A DNA stretch of 42,673 nucleotides from an uncultured Lentisphaeraceae bacterium (GTDB taxonomy: Bacteria > Verrucomicrobiota > Kiritimatiellia > RFP12 > UBA1067): the NCBI GenBank assembly GCA_964428885.1, contig CAYRZP010000003.1, positions 1 through 42,673 of the forward strand. Direction: 5' to 3'. How positions within the stretch are numbered: position 1 is the stretch's first letter; every line of letters begins with the position of its first letter. Below the pieces are notes generated by a model, which saw only the letters and a program-made list of their open reading frames with translations, did no database searches and was not told where the DNA came from. Below are positions 16,168 through 24,108 of the stretch, piece after piece. The translations under genes were made by a program, and so were the position numbers.

Positions 16168-18170
16168 ACAAGCTTCTCCTCGTCTGCCGTTGACGCGGCT
16201 TGCCCGTCCGCTTCAAACAGGCGCTTATACTTCAGATAAACGAATGATCCCAAAACCAGCAAGATGCCGGTCGAGACGAAAGCGATGATCCGATAGAGCG
16301 AGGCGAGCGCGTCAAGATCGGAAACGAGCAGTTTCGTCACGGCCAGCGCAAAAAGCGCGAGCCCGCACCAGCGCAGCCATTTTCCGCGCAACCGTATGCC
16401 GACGCAGAGCAGCGCGAAAGCGAAGAGCGTCCAGACCAAGGTCACGGCCCCGCCCCGGAAGCCGTCCGCGTACACACGCGCCACCAGCCGCGCCTCAAAG
16501 GTCAACAGCAGCAACACCTGCAGCAGCGTCAGCGCCAGCACTTTGCCGGCATGCCGCCACGCGCGCGTAAGGCGCCAGGCTGCGGCAAGCGTGGCGGGCA
16601 ACACGCCAAACAGGAGCACGCGCAGACCAGCCGCCTTCCAAAACTCGAACCCTTTCAAAAGCCAGGGCCGCGTCGTGTCGTACATGCGCTCAAGGTCTAC
16701 AAAAACACCGCGCAGGCATGCCAGCACAAAGAGCACGAGCGCCGCCTTGCCGAGAAAGGCTTGTCCCGTGCGGCGCGCGACAAATACCATAGCGAGCGCC
16801 TGCAAACACCAGGCGAAGGTCAGCCAGTCTGCCGTCAGCATAAAGACCGGACTCATCGCCAGAAAGACCGCGGCAAAAGCGGCGAAAAGCGAGATCACCG
16901 CGCGGTCCATGACGGCGCGCCGAAGGCATGCGTACACCAGCGCCACATAAACGGCAGCCACCGCGAGCGCCACCAGCCCCGCGCCTTCTCGTCCGTATGC
17001 CGGCTTGAACAACAGGAAGGCCCAGCACCAGTAGATGCTGGCATTAAAGGCCAGCGCCGCCCACTCGAACACGCCGGTCCGCAGACGTGTGCGCAGATGG
17101 AGCGCCACCACGGAGAGCAAATAAAGCAGATGTACGCCGGAGGTGAAGATCAGGTCATTGAACAACTGGTCGGCCGCGCGATGCCGCCAGCAAAACAGAA
17201 AAGCGAGGCCATAGGCCGCCAGCATGCCCAGCCCGTTCAGCAACGGCCAGCGTCGCACCATCGAGATGCCCAGAACTCCAATGCCCAGCAGCATCACATA
17301 CGCATAGAAAAAGCAAGGGGCGGCATTCGTGCTGCCGATCATCAGAGGCGTGGCGTACCCGCCGACCACACCCAACAAGGCGATACCGAGCGACTGATAC
17401 AACACCGCAAGCACACCGGCGGCAATCGTGACACAGGCCATCAGTCCGAAAGCCGCGGGTTGCGGCATTAACCGATACATCATGGCTGCCGCATAGAAGG
17501 CAAAATAGAGCATCACAAAACCGGCGCCTGACAAACCCTGGCCGAGCAAATGGTATTTTTTGAAAAGCATTCGCACACCCAAGGCTATCAGGGCGGCACC
17601 AGCCGCCAAACTTAAAATCACCCGCCCCAGCGGCCCCATCAACCCTTTTTCAATCGAATACCTCAGAAAGAAGGCCACGCCGGCGAGAACAATTATGATT
17701 CCGACGCGCAGCAGCCAATGGGTCGCGGCCGCATACTCCCATGACTCCCCGGGCTTGCGATACTCCTCGCCGATCACGAACCAGTTCCAGACTTTGGAGA
17801 GCGCAAGCTCGAAAGCGCTTGGCTCGTCCGGTACAGCAGGCGGCGGCGTCGGCAAGGCCGGGACGCTCGCCGCGGACGGCCGGGCTTCGTGGCCGGGTGT
17901 CTGCCTCACGCAAGTTTGCGGCTGCGGCGCGGCCTCCGCGCTTGGCAAGCGCGCTGGCTCGCCAGCAGACAGCGGCGATAACGGCGGGCCGGATTTCGCC
18001 AGACCCTCCAACCGCCGGTCCAGACGCATCATCAGCCGCAGCATTTCATCCGCCCTGCCGCACAGTCCGGAAAGGCGCACCAGCAAAACGATGGGGATCA
18101 CAATAAAGATTGTGAGCGCCGCCAACCCGATCAAACACATCGCAACTTCTGACATTTCACACCTCAACAA
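16155..18170 (-). CDS. DUF2339-like polytopic membrane protein
   Basis: It has an N-terminal TM segment, a short helical segment (LRLMMRLDRRLEGL), a Pro-rich linker, then well over ten hydrophobic segments. The stop overlaps the start of the next gene by 13 nt. Confidence 0.55.
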   Translation of the reverse strand: MLRCEMSEVAMCLIGLAALTIFIVIPIVLLVRLSGLCGRADEMLRLMMRLDRRLEGLAKSGPPLSPLSAGEPARLPSAEAAPQPQTCVRQTPGHEARPSAASVPALPTPPPAVPDEPSAFELALSKVWNWFVIGEEYRKPGESWEYAAATHWLLRVGIIIVLAGVAFFLRYSIEKGLMGPLGRVILSLAAGAALIALGVRMLFKKYHLLGQGLSGAGFVMLYFAFYAAAMMYRLMPQPAAFGLMACVTIAAGVLAVLYQSLGIALLGVVGGYATPLMIGSTNAAPCFFYAYVMLLGIGVLGISMVRRWPLLNGLGMLAAYGLAFLFCWRHRAADQLFNDLIFTSGVHLLYLLSVVALHLRTRLRTGVFEWAALAFNASIYWCWAFLLFKPAYGREGAGLVALAVAAVYVALVYACLRRAVMDRAVISLFAAFAAVFLAMSPVFMLTADWLTFAWCLQALAMVFVARRTGQAFLGKAALVLFVLACLRGVFVDLERMYDTTRPWLLKGFEFWKAAGLRVLLFGVLPATLAAAWRLTRAWRHAGKVLALTLLQVLLLLTFEARLVARVYADGFRGGAVTLVWTLFAFALLCVGIRLRGKWLRWCGLALFALAVTKLLVSDLDALASLYRIIAFVSTGILLVLGSFVYLKYKRLFEADGQAASTADEEKLVCAD

Positions 18171-18608
18171 CCACTAAGGCATGCGCCCGTCACTCTCTTT
18201 ACCCCGGCATAGCCGGAACCAACGTCTTAACCGTAATACACTGCAGTCCCATAATCAGGCAGAAATTTTGAAAAAGTGCGGGGTTGCACTGGCTGGTAGC
18301 CTGTGCGACGGTCTACTTGTAAAGCGTTATGCGCGAAAGCGCAAAATCGGTTTTTGGTCCGGTCTCTTCTACATGCGTTGTCCTTGCTGATTCAACAAGT
18401 CCACCAAAACATCAAAATATAAATACTCCTTTTTTCAGAAAGGCTGAAACCGTTTTTTAACTCACTTGACATGTTATGACCTAAGATTTTTTCTGCCGCC
18501 CAAGCGGACCCATCCCGCGGCCGATGCGGGCAATCAGGCCGGGCGCGGCGGAATACGGTGGAGGGCAATTTCCTCCGCCGGGCACGGCACTTTCTTCAGC
18601 GCAAATGT

Positions 18609-19400
18609 CTAATTGCGCACCCCCGGCAAGCTCTTCTTTTGGTCGAACAGCCACTTCAGAGCTTCTTGATCGGAGTATGCCCTGCCCCACGAGCCATGTC
18701 CCACGCCTTCGTATTCGGTATATTTAACCTTGCTGCCGGCGCGCTTGAGCGCAGACACCATGTCCCGCGACCGCTTGGTCTTGACGACTCCGTCAGACCC
18801 GCCGTGGAAGACCCAGACCGGGACATCCTTGATCACGGCGGCCGTGTTGGTGTCGCCGCCGCCGCAGACCGGCATGGCCGCGGCGATCTTGTCCGGCATG
18901 CGCTGAACGATGTCCCATGTCCCGAACCCGCCCATTGACAAGCCCGTCACATAGATGCGGGAAGCGTCAACTGGATGCGCGGAATTGATCTGCTGCAGCA
19001 TGCCCATAACGAGCCGCATGCTATCGGAAGGAGCTTCCGGCATCTTGTGGGCATCCGCTCCCCACGGCGTGTTCACCCACTGTTGGCCATTGGGGCATTG
19101 CGGCGCGACTAGGATCAAGGGCGCATCATTCTTTTTGGAATACGCCAGAATGTCCTTGGCGCCATGTGTCAATTGTTTATTGTTGTCGTCTCCCCTCTCG
19201 CCCGCGCCATGGAGAAAAAGGACCAGCGGATATTTTTTGCCGGCGTCCAGTTTTTCCGGAAGGTGTATCCTGTAATTCAAGGATTCGCCCGCGGGCGATT
19301 TGTAAACCCCAGCCTCAAAGCCGCCCTCAGCTTTCAATGCGGTTGTGAAGCCGCATGATGCCGCCGTCAAAACAGCGCAAAACAATCGGTCGAGTTTCAT
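18609..19400 (-). CDS. Secreted alpha/beta-hydrolase (carboxylesterase / PHB-depolymerase-type esterase family)
   Basis: It has a signal peptide, the LFLHGAGERGDDN motif, the nucleophile elbow GLSMGGFG, and the later motifs HGGSDGVV and GVGHGSW, consistent with a Ser-Asp-His triad. Confidence 0.7.
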   Translation of the reverse strand: MKLDRLFCAVLTAASCGFTTALKAEGGFEAGVYKSPAGESLNYRIHLPEKLDAGKKYPLVLFLHGAGERGDDNNKQLTHGAKDILAYSKKNDAPLILVAPQCPNGQQWVNTPWGADAHKMPEAPSDSMRLVMGMLQQINSAHPVDASRIYVTGLSMGGFGTWDIVQRMPDKIAAAMPVCGGGDTNTAAVIKDVPVWVFHGGSDGVVKTKRSRDMVSALKRAGSKVKYTEYEGVGHGSWGRAYSDQEALKWLFDQKKSLPGVRN

Positions 19401-19456
19401 TGAACAATCTTTCTTGATGCGAAAACATTATTGCGTGTCACCGCCCGTTTTAAAGC

Positions 19457-20350
19457 CTATGCGCTGCCGAGCGCGTTATTGATCCGGAGAATGGCTTCGT
19501 CGATCTCGCCGCTGTTCTTAAAGCCGATGGTGGCGGCGTCGATCTCCGGCAGCGTCATGACAAAGCGTATGGCGCGCTCGCGCTCCTCCGGCTGCTTGAA
19601 GGCTCCTTCCCCGATCAGCTTCATGCCGATCACGCCGTGGTTGTTCTTCTTCATGACCGCAAGCTGCTCGAGCACAGGTTCGATCCGCTTGCCGGGAACG
19701 TTCCAGCTCGGCGTTTCGCTGTCGACTAGGACCGCCTGGGGGTTGACGCGCACGAGGTTGACCTCGACCCACTCCGATTCGGCCGCCACGCGCAGCGCGG
19801 GCAGCGCGTGGCAAGAGATGCCTTTCGAGCGGATCTTGCCCTGCTCTTTGGCTTTGTCGATCGCCTCCATCAGCCGGGCGCGCTCCTGCGGCCAGGTCGC
19901 GGTCACCGCGCAGTGCAGCAATATGCAGTCGATGTAATCGGTGCGGAAATTCTTGAGATGGTTATCGATCACCTCTTCCGGCTTTTCCGGATTGCCGCCG
20001 ATTTTGGAAAGTATGAAAAGCTGGTCGCGCGGCAGCCCCTTGATCGCCTCGGCCACCCAGTCGAAGGTTTTGTAGCTCTGCGCACAGTCGAGATAGCGCA
20101 CGCCCTTGTCAAAGGCATACCGCACCAGCCGATTGAACCCCTCCTGGCCAAGATCGTGCTGCACCCGCCCGCCGTAGCTGCCAAGTCCGATGCCCAGCCG
20201 GCTTAGCTTGAGCCCGGTCTTTCCGAGCGTGACGAGATCAGTCGCGCTGCGCCCCTTGGCGGCGACCGCCGATACAGAGGTCAGCGCCGCGCCGGCCGCC
20301 AGCGATCCGGCCGCGAGAAATTGACGACGGTTAAAACGGTTGTGTTTCAT
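19457..20350 (-). CDS. Aldo/keto reductase with Tat signal
   Basis: N-terminus MKHNRFNRRQFLAAGSLAAGAAL carries a Tat motif. AKR-like blocks follow: LGIGLGSYGG.., AFDKGVRYLDCAQSY, DYIDCILLH. Confidence 0.75.
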   Translation of the reverse strand: MKHNRFNRRQFLAAGSLAAGAALTSVSAVAAKGRSATDLVTLGKTGLKLSRLGIGLGSYGGRVQHDLGQEGFNRLVRYAFDKGVRYLDCAQSYKTFDWVAEAIKGLPRDQLFILSKIGGNPEKPEEVIDNHLKNFRTDYIDCILLHCAVTATWPQERARLMEAIDKAKEQGKIRSKGISCHALPALRVAAESEWVEVNLVRVNPQAVLVDSETPSWNVPGKRIEPVLEQLAVMKKNNHGVIGMKLIGEGAFKQPEERERAIRFVMTLPEIDAATIGFKNSGEIDEAILRINNALGSA

Positions 20351-20570
20351 CTTCGACTCCCCTTTTGCCGGTGCCCGGCCTCCTTATCGGGCCACAAGGA
20401 CCGTGCGTTGGAGGTCATTGTATCCAACGCCGTAGTTGAAATCAACACCGGATTGGCAACGTTCACCGCACGGGCGCGATGCCGACGATAATCTGACGTT
20501 CCCAGTCTACGGTCCTTGCGCGGCTGATTTCACAACGCGCGATGGCACACGCGAAGACCTGCGGCAAGAT

Positions 20571-21950
20571 CTACACCTTCGGCTCGAAACCTTCGCGCTT
20601 GAAGCCCTGCAGAAGGGCGGTCGCCTCGGGGCTGTTGCTGAAGACGCGCTTGTCGTTGTCCCAAACAAGCTCTTTGCCGGGAAAACGCTGAGCGATGCAG
20701 CCGAACAAGAGCGCCTCGGTCATTATGGCGGAGTATTCGAAGCGGCTGCCTGTGGCGTCAGGTTTGTTCGCCTTGCAGGCGTCGACCCACTCCTTGTAGT
20801 GGTTGTACTGCCACTTGCCGGGATCTTTCAAAAGCTCGTTGCAGGCGCGTTCGAGATCCTTGGTTTCCGGACCGAACGGCTGGGCGCCGAGCGCGATGGC
20901 GCGCGGCTTGCCGGCATGGGACCCGCCGATGGTGGTGGCCTTGGACCCGACGATGATGCACCCGTTCGAACCCACGTCCAGCTTAGGATGCGATCCGAGC
21001 GGGCGCTTGGGAAGGATGCCGCTCTCGTACCAGTAGACGTTCAGTCCGGACGGGCAGACCGGCGAAGGCCCGAAGTGGTAGTCGATAGTCGAGTATACGG
21101 GAAAGGCGAGATTGGCCGGCTTGTCGCACCATGCCTTGATCGTTTCGGGCAGTCCCAGCTTCAGCACGAAGAACGCGGGATCGAAATTGTGAACGGCCAT
21201 GTCGCCGATGGCGCCGCAGCCGAAGTCACACCAGCCGCGCCAGGAGAAGGGCGCGTAGCCTTTGCCGTAAGGACGCTTCTTGGCCGGCCCGAGCCAGCAG
21301 TCCCAGTCGAAACCTTCCGGCACCTGTTCTTCCGGCGGATAGGCGGTCATGCCCTGCTTCCACCAGCGGCCGCCGGCGCGGTCCGTCCACGAGTGCACTT
21401 CCCGGATGTCGCCCCAGAACTTGTTCTCCATGAGCCTCTCGTAGCGGTAGACGCCGGGGTGGCCCTGGTTGCCCATCTGCGTCACGACACCGTATTTTTT
21501 GGCGGACTCCATGAGCATTTCGCACTCTTCATACGAATGCGCGAGGGGTTTCTGCACGTAGACGTGCTTGCCCAGCCGCATCGCGGCCAGCGCGATGGTC
21601 GCGTGCGTGTGGTCGGCCGTGGAGACGCAGACGGCGTCGCACTCCTTGGCGATCTTGTCCAGCATCTGGCGGTAGTCCGTGAAAGTCGGAATGCCCGGAA
21701 ATTTCTTCGCCGCGCCGTTAAGCGTGGCGGTGTTGACGTCGCACAGGCCGGTGCAGATCGCCCCGTTGCCGGTCAAGGCATTGAGGTCGCCGCCGCCCAT
21801 GCCGCCGACGCCAACTTTCAGAAAACGGAGCTGCTGCCCTGGAGCAGCTCCTTTCACATCCTGCCCGAAAACCTTGCCCGCCGGAATGGAAAATCCCGCC
21901 ATCGCGCCTGCCGCCAAAAACGAACGCCTTGATACGCCCCGCTGTTTCAT
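20571..21950 (-). CDS. Gfo/Idh/MocA-family oxidoreductase with Tat signal
   Basis: N-terminus MKQRGVSRRSFLAAGAMAGF carries a Tat motif. It also has GVGGMGGGDL and the EKP-type motif VYVQKPLAH. AAGGAGA lies upstream of the ATG. Confidence 0.8.
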   Translation of the reverse strand: MKQRGVSRRSFLAAGAMAGFSIPAGKVFGQDVKGAAPGQQLRFLKVGVGGMGGGDLNALTGNGAICTGLCDVNTATLNGAAKKFPGIPTFTDYRQMLDKIAKECDAVCVSTADHTHATIALAAMRLGKHVYVQKPLAHSYEECEMLMESAKKYGVVTQMGNQGHPGVYRYERLMENKFWGDIREVHSWTDRAGGRWWKQGMTAYPPEEQVPEGFDWDCWLGPAKKRPYGKGYAPFSWRGWCDFGCGAIGDMAVHNFDPAFFVLKLGLPETIKAWCDKPANLAFPVYSTIDYHFGPSPVCPSGLNVYWYESGILPKRPLGSHPKLDVGSNGCIIVGSKATTIGGSHAGKPRAIALGAQPFGPETKDLERACNELLKDPGKWQYNHYKEWVDACKANKPDATGSRFEYSAIMTEALLFGCIAQRFPGKELVWDNDKRVFSNSPEATALLQGFKREGFEPKV

Positions 21951-22136
21951 AGCTTGTCTCCTTGGTTGTCCCCAGCGGGAAAAACTCCCGCAAAATTTGA
22001 CTTAGTATAGCAACCCGCAGACCCGGCGTAAACAGCAAAGCGATAACGGCCGCTTTGCTTAAGGCCTCACAGTCACAAGCCCGCCGAGACTGCCATGTCA
22101 GTGTAGACCGAACGGAAAACAGTCGTGATCCGACAC

Positions 22137-22171
22137 AAAAAAACCCGGGGCCGGTTTGACCCGGCCCCGGG
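22137..22171 (-). terminator. Rho-independent terminator downstream of htrA
   Basis: An 11-bp GC stem, CCCGGGGCCGG (22144-22154) with CCGGCCCCGGG (22161-22171), encloses a 6-nt loop. On the minus strand it is followed by seven T (plus-strand A-run 22137-22143). Confidence 0.8.
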
Positions 22172-22215
22172 CGCTGCATGACAGGAGTGGTCTATATGTA
22201 ATATTTGTTGTGTGG

Positions 22216-23697
22216 TTAATCGTCCGGCCGCAAATTGACAAACACAGCGCCCCTTTCGGTCTTTACCCGCAAAAGCAGGTTGCCGTCTTTGCCCTTTTTC
22301 ATGGCCTCTTCAAATCTCTTTACGCTGCTCACCTCCATGCGGTTGGCCTCGATTATCAGCATCCCCGGCCTCAGCCCCGCCTCTTCCGCCGCCGATCCCG
22401 GCACGACCTCGGATATGATCACGCCCTTCGCGGCCTCATATCCGAACCTCTTAGCCAGATCCTGCGTCAAATCCTGTATGCTCAAGCCGTATTTGTCCAG
22501 CCCATGCTCTCCGCCGGACTCTGCGGCCTCAGCAGTTTCATCGTCCGGGAACTCGCCTACTGTCACGACCTTCTTGCTGGTCTTACCGTCCCGGAAAATC
22601 AACATTTCCGCCTTTTTGTTAGGCAATATCTGTGCCACATCCTGCCTGAACTGTGCAACGTCGGTGATTTTCTTGCCGTCAAGCTCTATCAGGATGTCGC
22701 CGCTCTTGATTCCGGCCTTGTCCGCCGGGCCGTCTTTCTGCACGTCGGCGATCAGCACGCCGCCGGCCTCGCCGCGCCCGAAGGACTTGGCCATCTCCTC
22801 CGTGACTGGTCCCGGATTTAACACAACCCCTATGTAACCTCTTGTCACCTTGCCAGTTGCGACAAGTTGGCTCTTGATGTTCATCGCCATGTCGATCGGT
22901 ACCGCGAAGCCTATTCCCATGTATCCGCCGCTGCGGCTGTAGATGGCGGTGTTGATGCCCACGACCTCGCCGTCGATGTTCAGCAGGGGGCCGCCCGAAT
23001 TGCCGGGGTTGATCGCCGCGTCGGTCTGTATGAAGTTCTCGTAATCCGTGATGCCGATGTTGCTGCGTCCTTTAGCACTCACCACTCCCACGGTAAGTGT
23101 CTCCTTCAGTCCGAAGGGGTTGCCTATGGCTATCACCCATTCCCCGATTTTCAGCGCATCTGGCTTGCCGATCGCCAGGACCGGCAGTTCGTCCGCCTCG
23201 ATTTTTATAAGCGCCACCTCGGTCTTGGAGTCGGCCCCGACACGCTTGGCCGGGAACTCTCTGCCGTCGGCAAGTTTGACCGTGATCTTGTCGACATCCC
23301 CGACGACATGCGTGTTGGTCAGGATGTAGCCGTCTTTGCTGATAATGAAACCAGACCCCTGTCCGGTCTGCTTAAATGTCGGGGCCCGCCCGCGCCCGGG
23401 CGCGCGGCGTTCCGGCATGCCCGGCCCCTGCATGCCCGGCGGCAGGCCGAAGAACTTCTCGGCGAAATCCTCGCCGAAGAAATCGAACGGGTTGTTGAAA
23501 TAGAAGTTGCGGTTGCCGATGGCCACCTGCTTTTCGACCTGTATGAATACCACGGCCGGCGTGGCTTTGGCGGCAACATCCGCGAAGCCGCGCCGGAAAT
23601 CGAAATCGCCGCTCTCTTTGGCGGCAGACCCTCCAACCGCCAAAATCACGGCTAACGCGGCAGCCGCCCAAATTCTCGTTGTTTTTATATTGCTCAT
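22216..23697 (-). CDS. htrA: Periplasmic serine endoprotease DegP/HtrA (Do family), two PDZ domains
   Basis: It has a signal peptide and the trypsin-fold motifs ILTNTHVV, DVALIK-like EVALIKI and GNSGGPLL. Two PDZ-like segments follow. A strong SD (GGAGGATAAGCAATG) precedes the start. Confidence 0.9.
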   Translation of the reverse strand: MSNIKTTRIWAAAALAVILAVGGSAAKESGDFDFRRGFADVAAKATPAVVFIQVEKQVAIGNRNFYFNNPFDFFGEDFAEKFFGLPPGMQGPGMPERRAPGRGRAPTFKQTGQGSGFIISKDGYILTNTHVVGDVDKITVKLADGREFPAKRVGADSKTEVALIKIEADELPVLAIGKPDALKIGEWVIAIGNPFGLKETLTVGVVSAKGRSNIGITDYENFIQTDAAINPGNSGGPLLNIDGEVVGINTAIYSRSGGYMGIGFAVPIDMAMNIKSQLVATGKVTRGYIGVVLNPGPVTEEMAKSFGRGEAGGVLIADVQKDGPADKAGIKSGDILIELDGKKITDVAQFRQDVAQILPNKKAEMLIFRDGKTSKKVVTVGEFPDDETAEAAESGGEHGLDKYGLSIQDLTQDLAKRFGYEAAKGVIISEVVPGSAAEEAGLRPGMLIIEANRMEVSSVKRFEEAMKKGKDGNLLLRVKTERGAVFVNLRPDD

Positions 23698-23739
23698 TGC
23701 TTATCCTCCAGTTTCCCTTAGTTAAGTTTTATTGCAACG

Positions 23740-23960
23740 GATCCGAAACCCTAACCCTCTACTTGAAAAACCGGTTTTCCAAGTAACTTTTCATCCTCAG
23801 CCTTAAAACCGGCCATAACCCCATTCAGCAGACGGCAACCTTTACATGAAACCGCCAGGCGAGTGAACAGGGTTATGGCCTTTACGGACCTGTTTTTGTG
23901 AACCCTTTGCCGTCTCTCGCTTTGGCGCTTATGATTTAGCTTGAGGTGTGCCAATCGCCG
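23740..23960 (-). other. Structured, comparatively AT-rich non-coding segment (candidate htrA leader or small RNA)
   Basis: An 11-bp helix joins 23811-23821 to 23870-23880. A 9-bp helix joins 23830-23838 to 23907-23915 and interleaves with it. The only ORF here (67 aa, TTG start) uses A/T-ending codons unlike the neighbouring genes. The strand is not established. Confidence 0.3.
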
Positions 23961-24041
23961 GCGAGAACCTCTGCTTAACCCTTGCAGGCGGCATAAAACA
24001 TTGGCAGACGCCAGGGGTCATGCCGCAATCACGGGGGAGAA

Positions 24042-24079
24042 GCGACAAGTTGTCTGCGTCGGGCGCGTCAACTTGTCGC
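24042..24079 (-). terminator. Perfect 11-bp hairpin just downstream of lpxD (non-canonical terminator candidate)
   Basis: GCGACAAGTTG (24042-24052) pairs with CAACTTGTCGC (24069-24079) around a 16-nt loop. The minus-strand tail is TTCTCCCCC and the plus-strand tail is GAAAATTATCTTTTCT. Neither is a clean U-tract. Confidence 0.4.
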
Positions 24080-24108
24080 GAAAATTATCTTTTCTGGCTT
24101 AAATATGT

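Noticed and set aside
18181-18390. 69-aa plus-strand ORF in the gap upstream of the DUF2339 gene
   Set aside because: It has no SD, atypical composition and no recognisable motif. It lies in a probable promoter/leader region.
20351-20570. 220-bp spacer between the Gfo/Idh/MocA gene and the aldo/keto reductase gene, with an 8-bp hairpin (GCGTTGGA..TCCAACGC, ~20407-20432) and an imperfect longer stem
   Set aside because: The hairpins lack U-tracts, and the region has ordinary GC content. It is most simply an inter-operon spacer with a weak terminator and promoter, and nothing distinctive enough to flag.
20436-21932. 498-aa plus-strand ORF, and similar long ORFs at 37677-39893 (+), 15016-16239 (+), 9864-11219 (+), 3890-4900 (+), 1975-3030 (-), 26983-28092 (+)
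   Set aside because: Each lies antisense to, or out of frame with, a gene that has clear family motifs. Their translations are Arg/Pro/Ala/Gly-rich with no recognisable domains. This is the usual stop-codon-poor shadow-ORF artefact of GC-rich DNA.
23751-23954. 67-aa minus-strand ORF (very basic N-terminus) inside the lpxD-htrA spacer
   Set aside because: It has a TTG start with no SD. Its codons mostly end in A/T, unlike every confident gene in the window. The ORF also coincides with the strongest RNA helices. I treat it as non-coding, although a small protein cannot be excluded.
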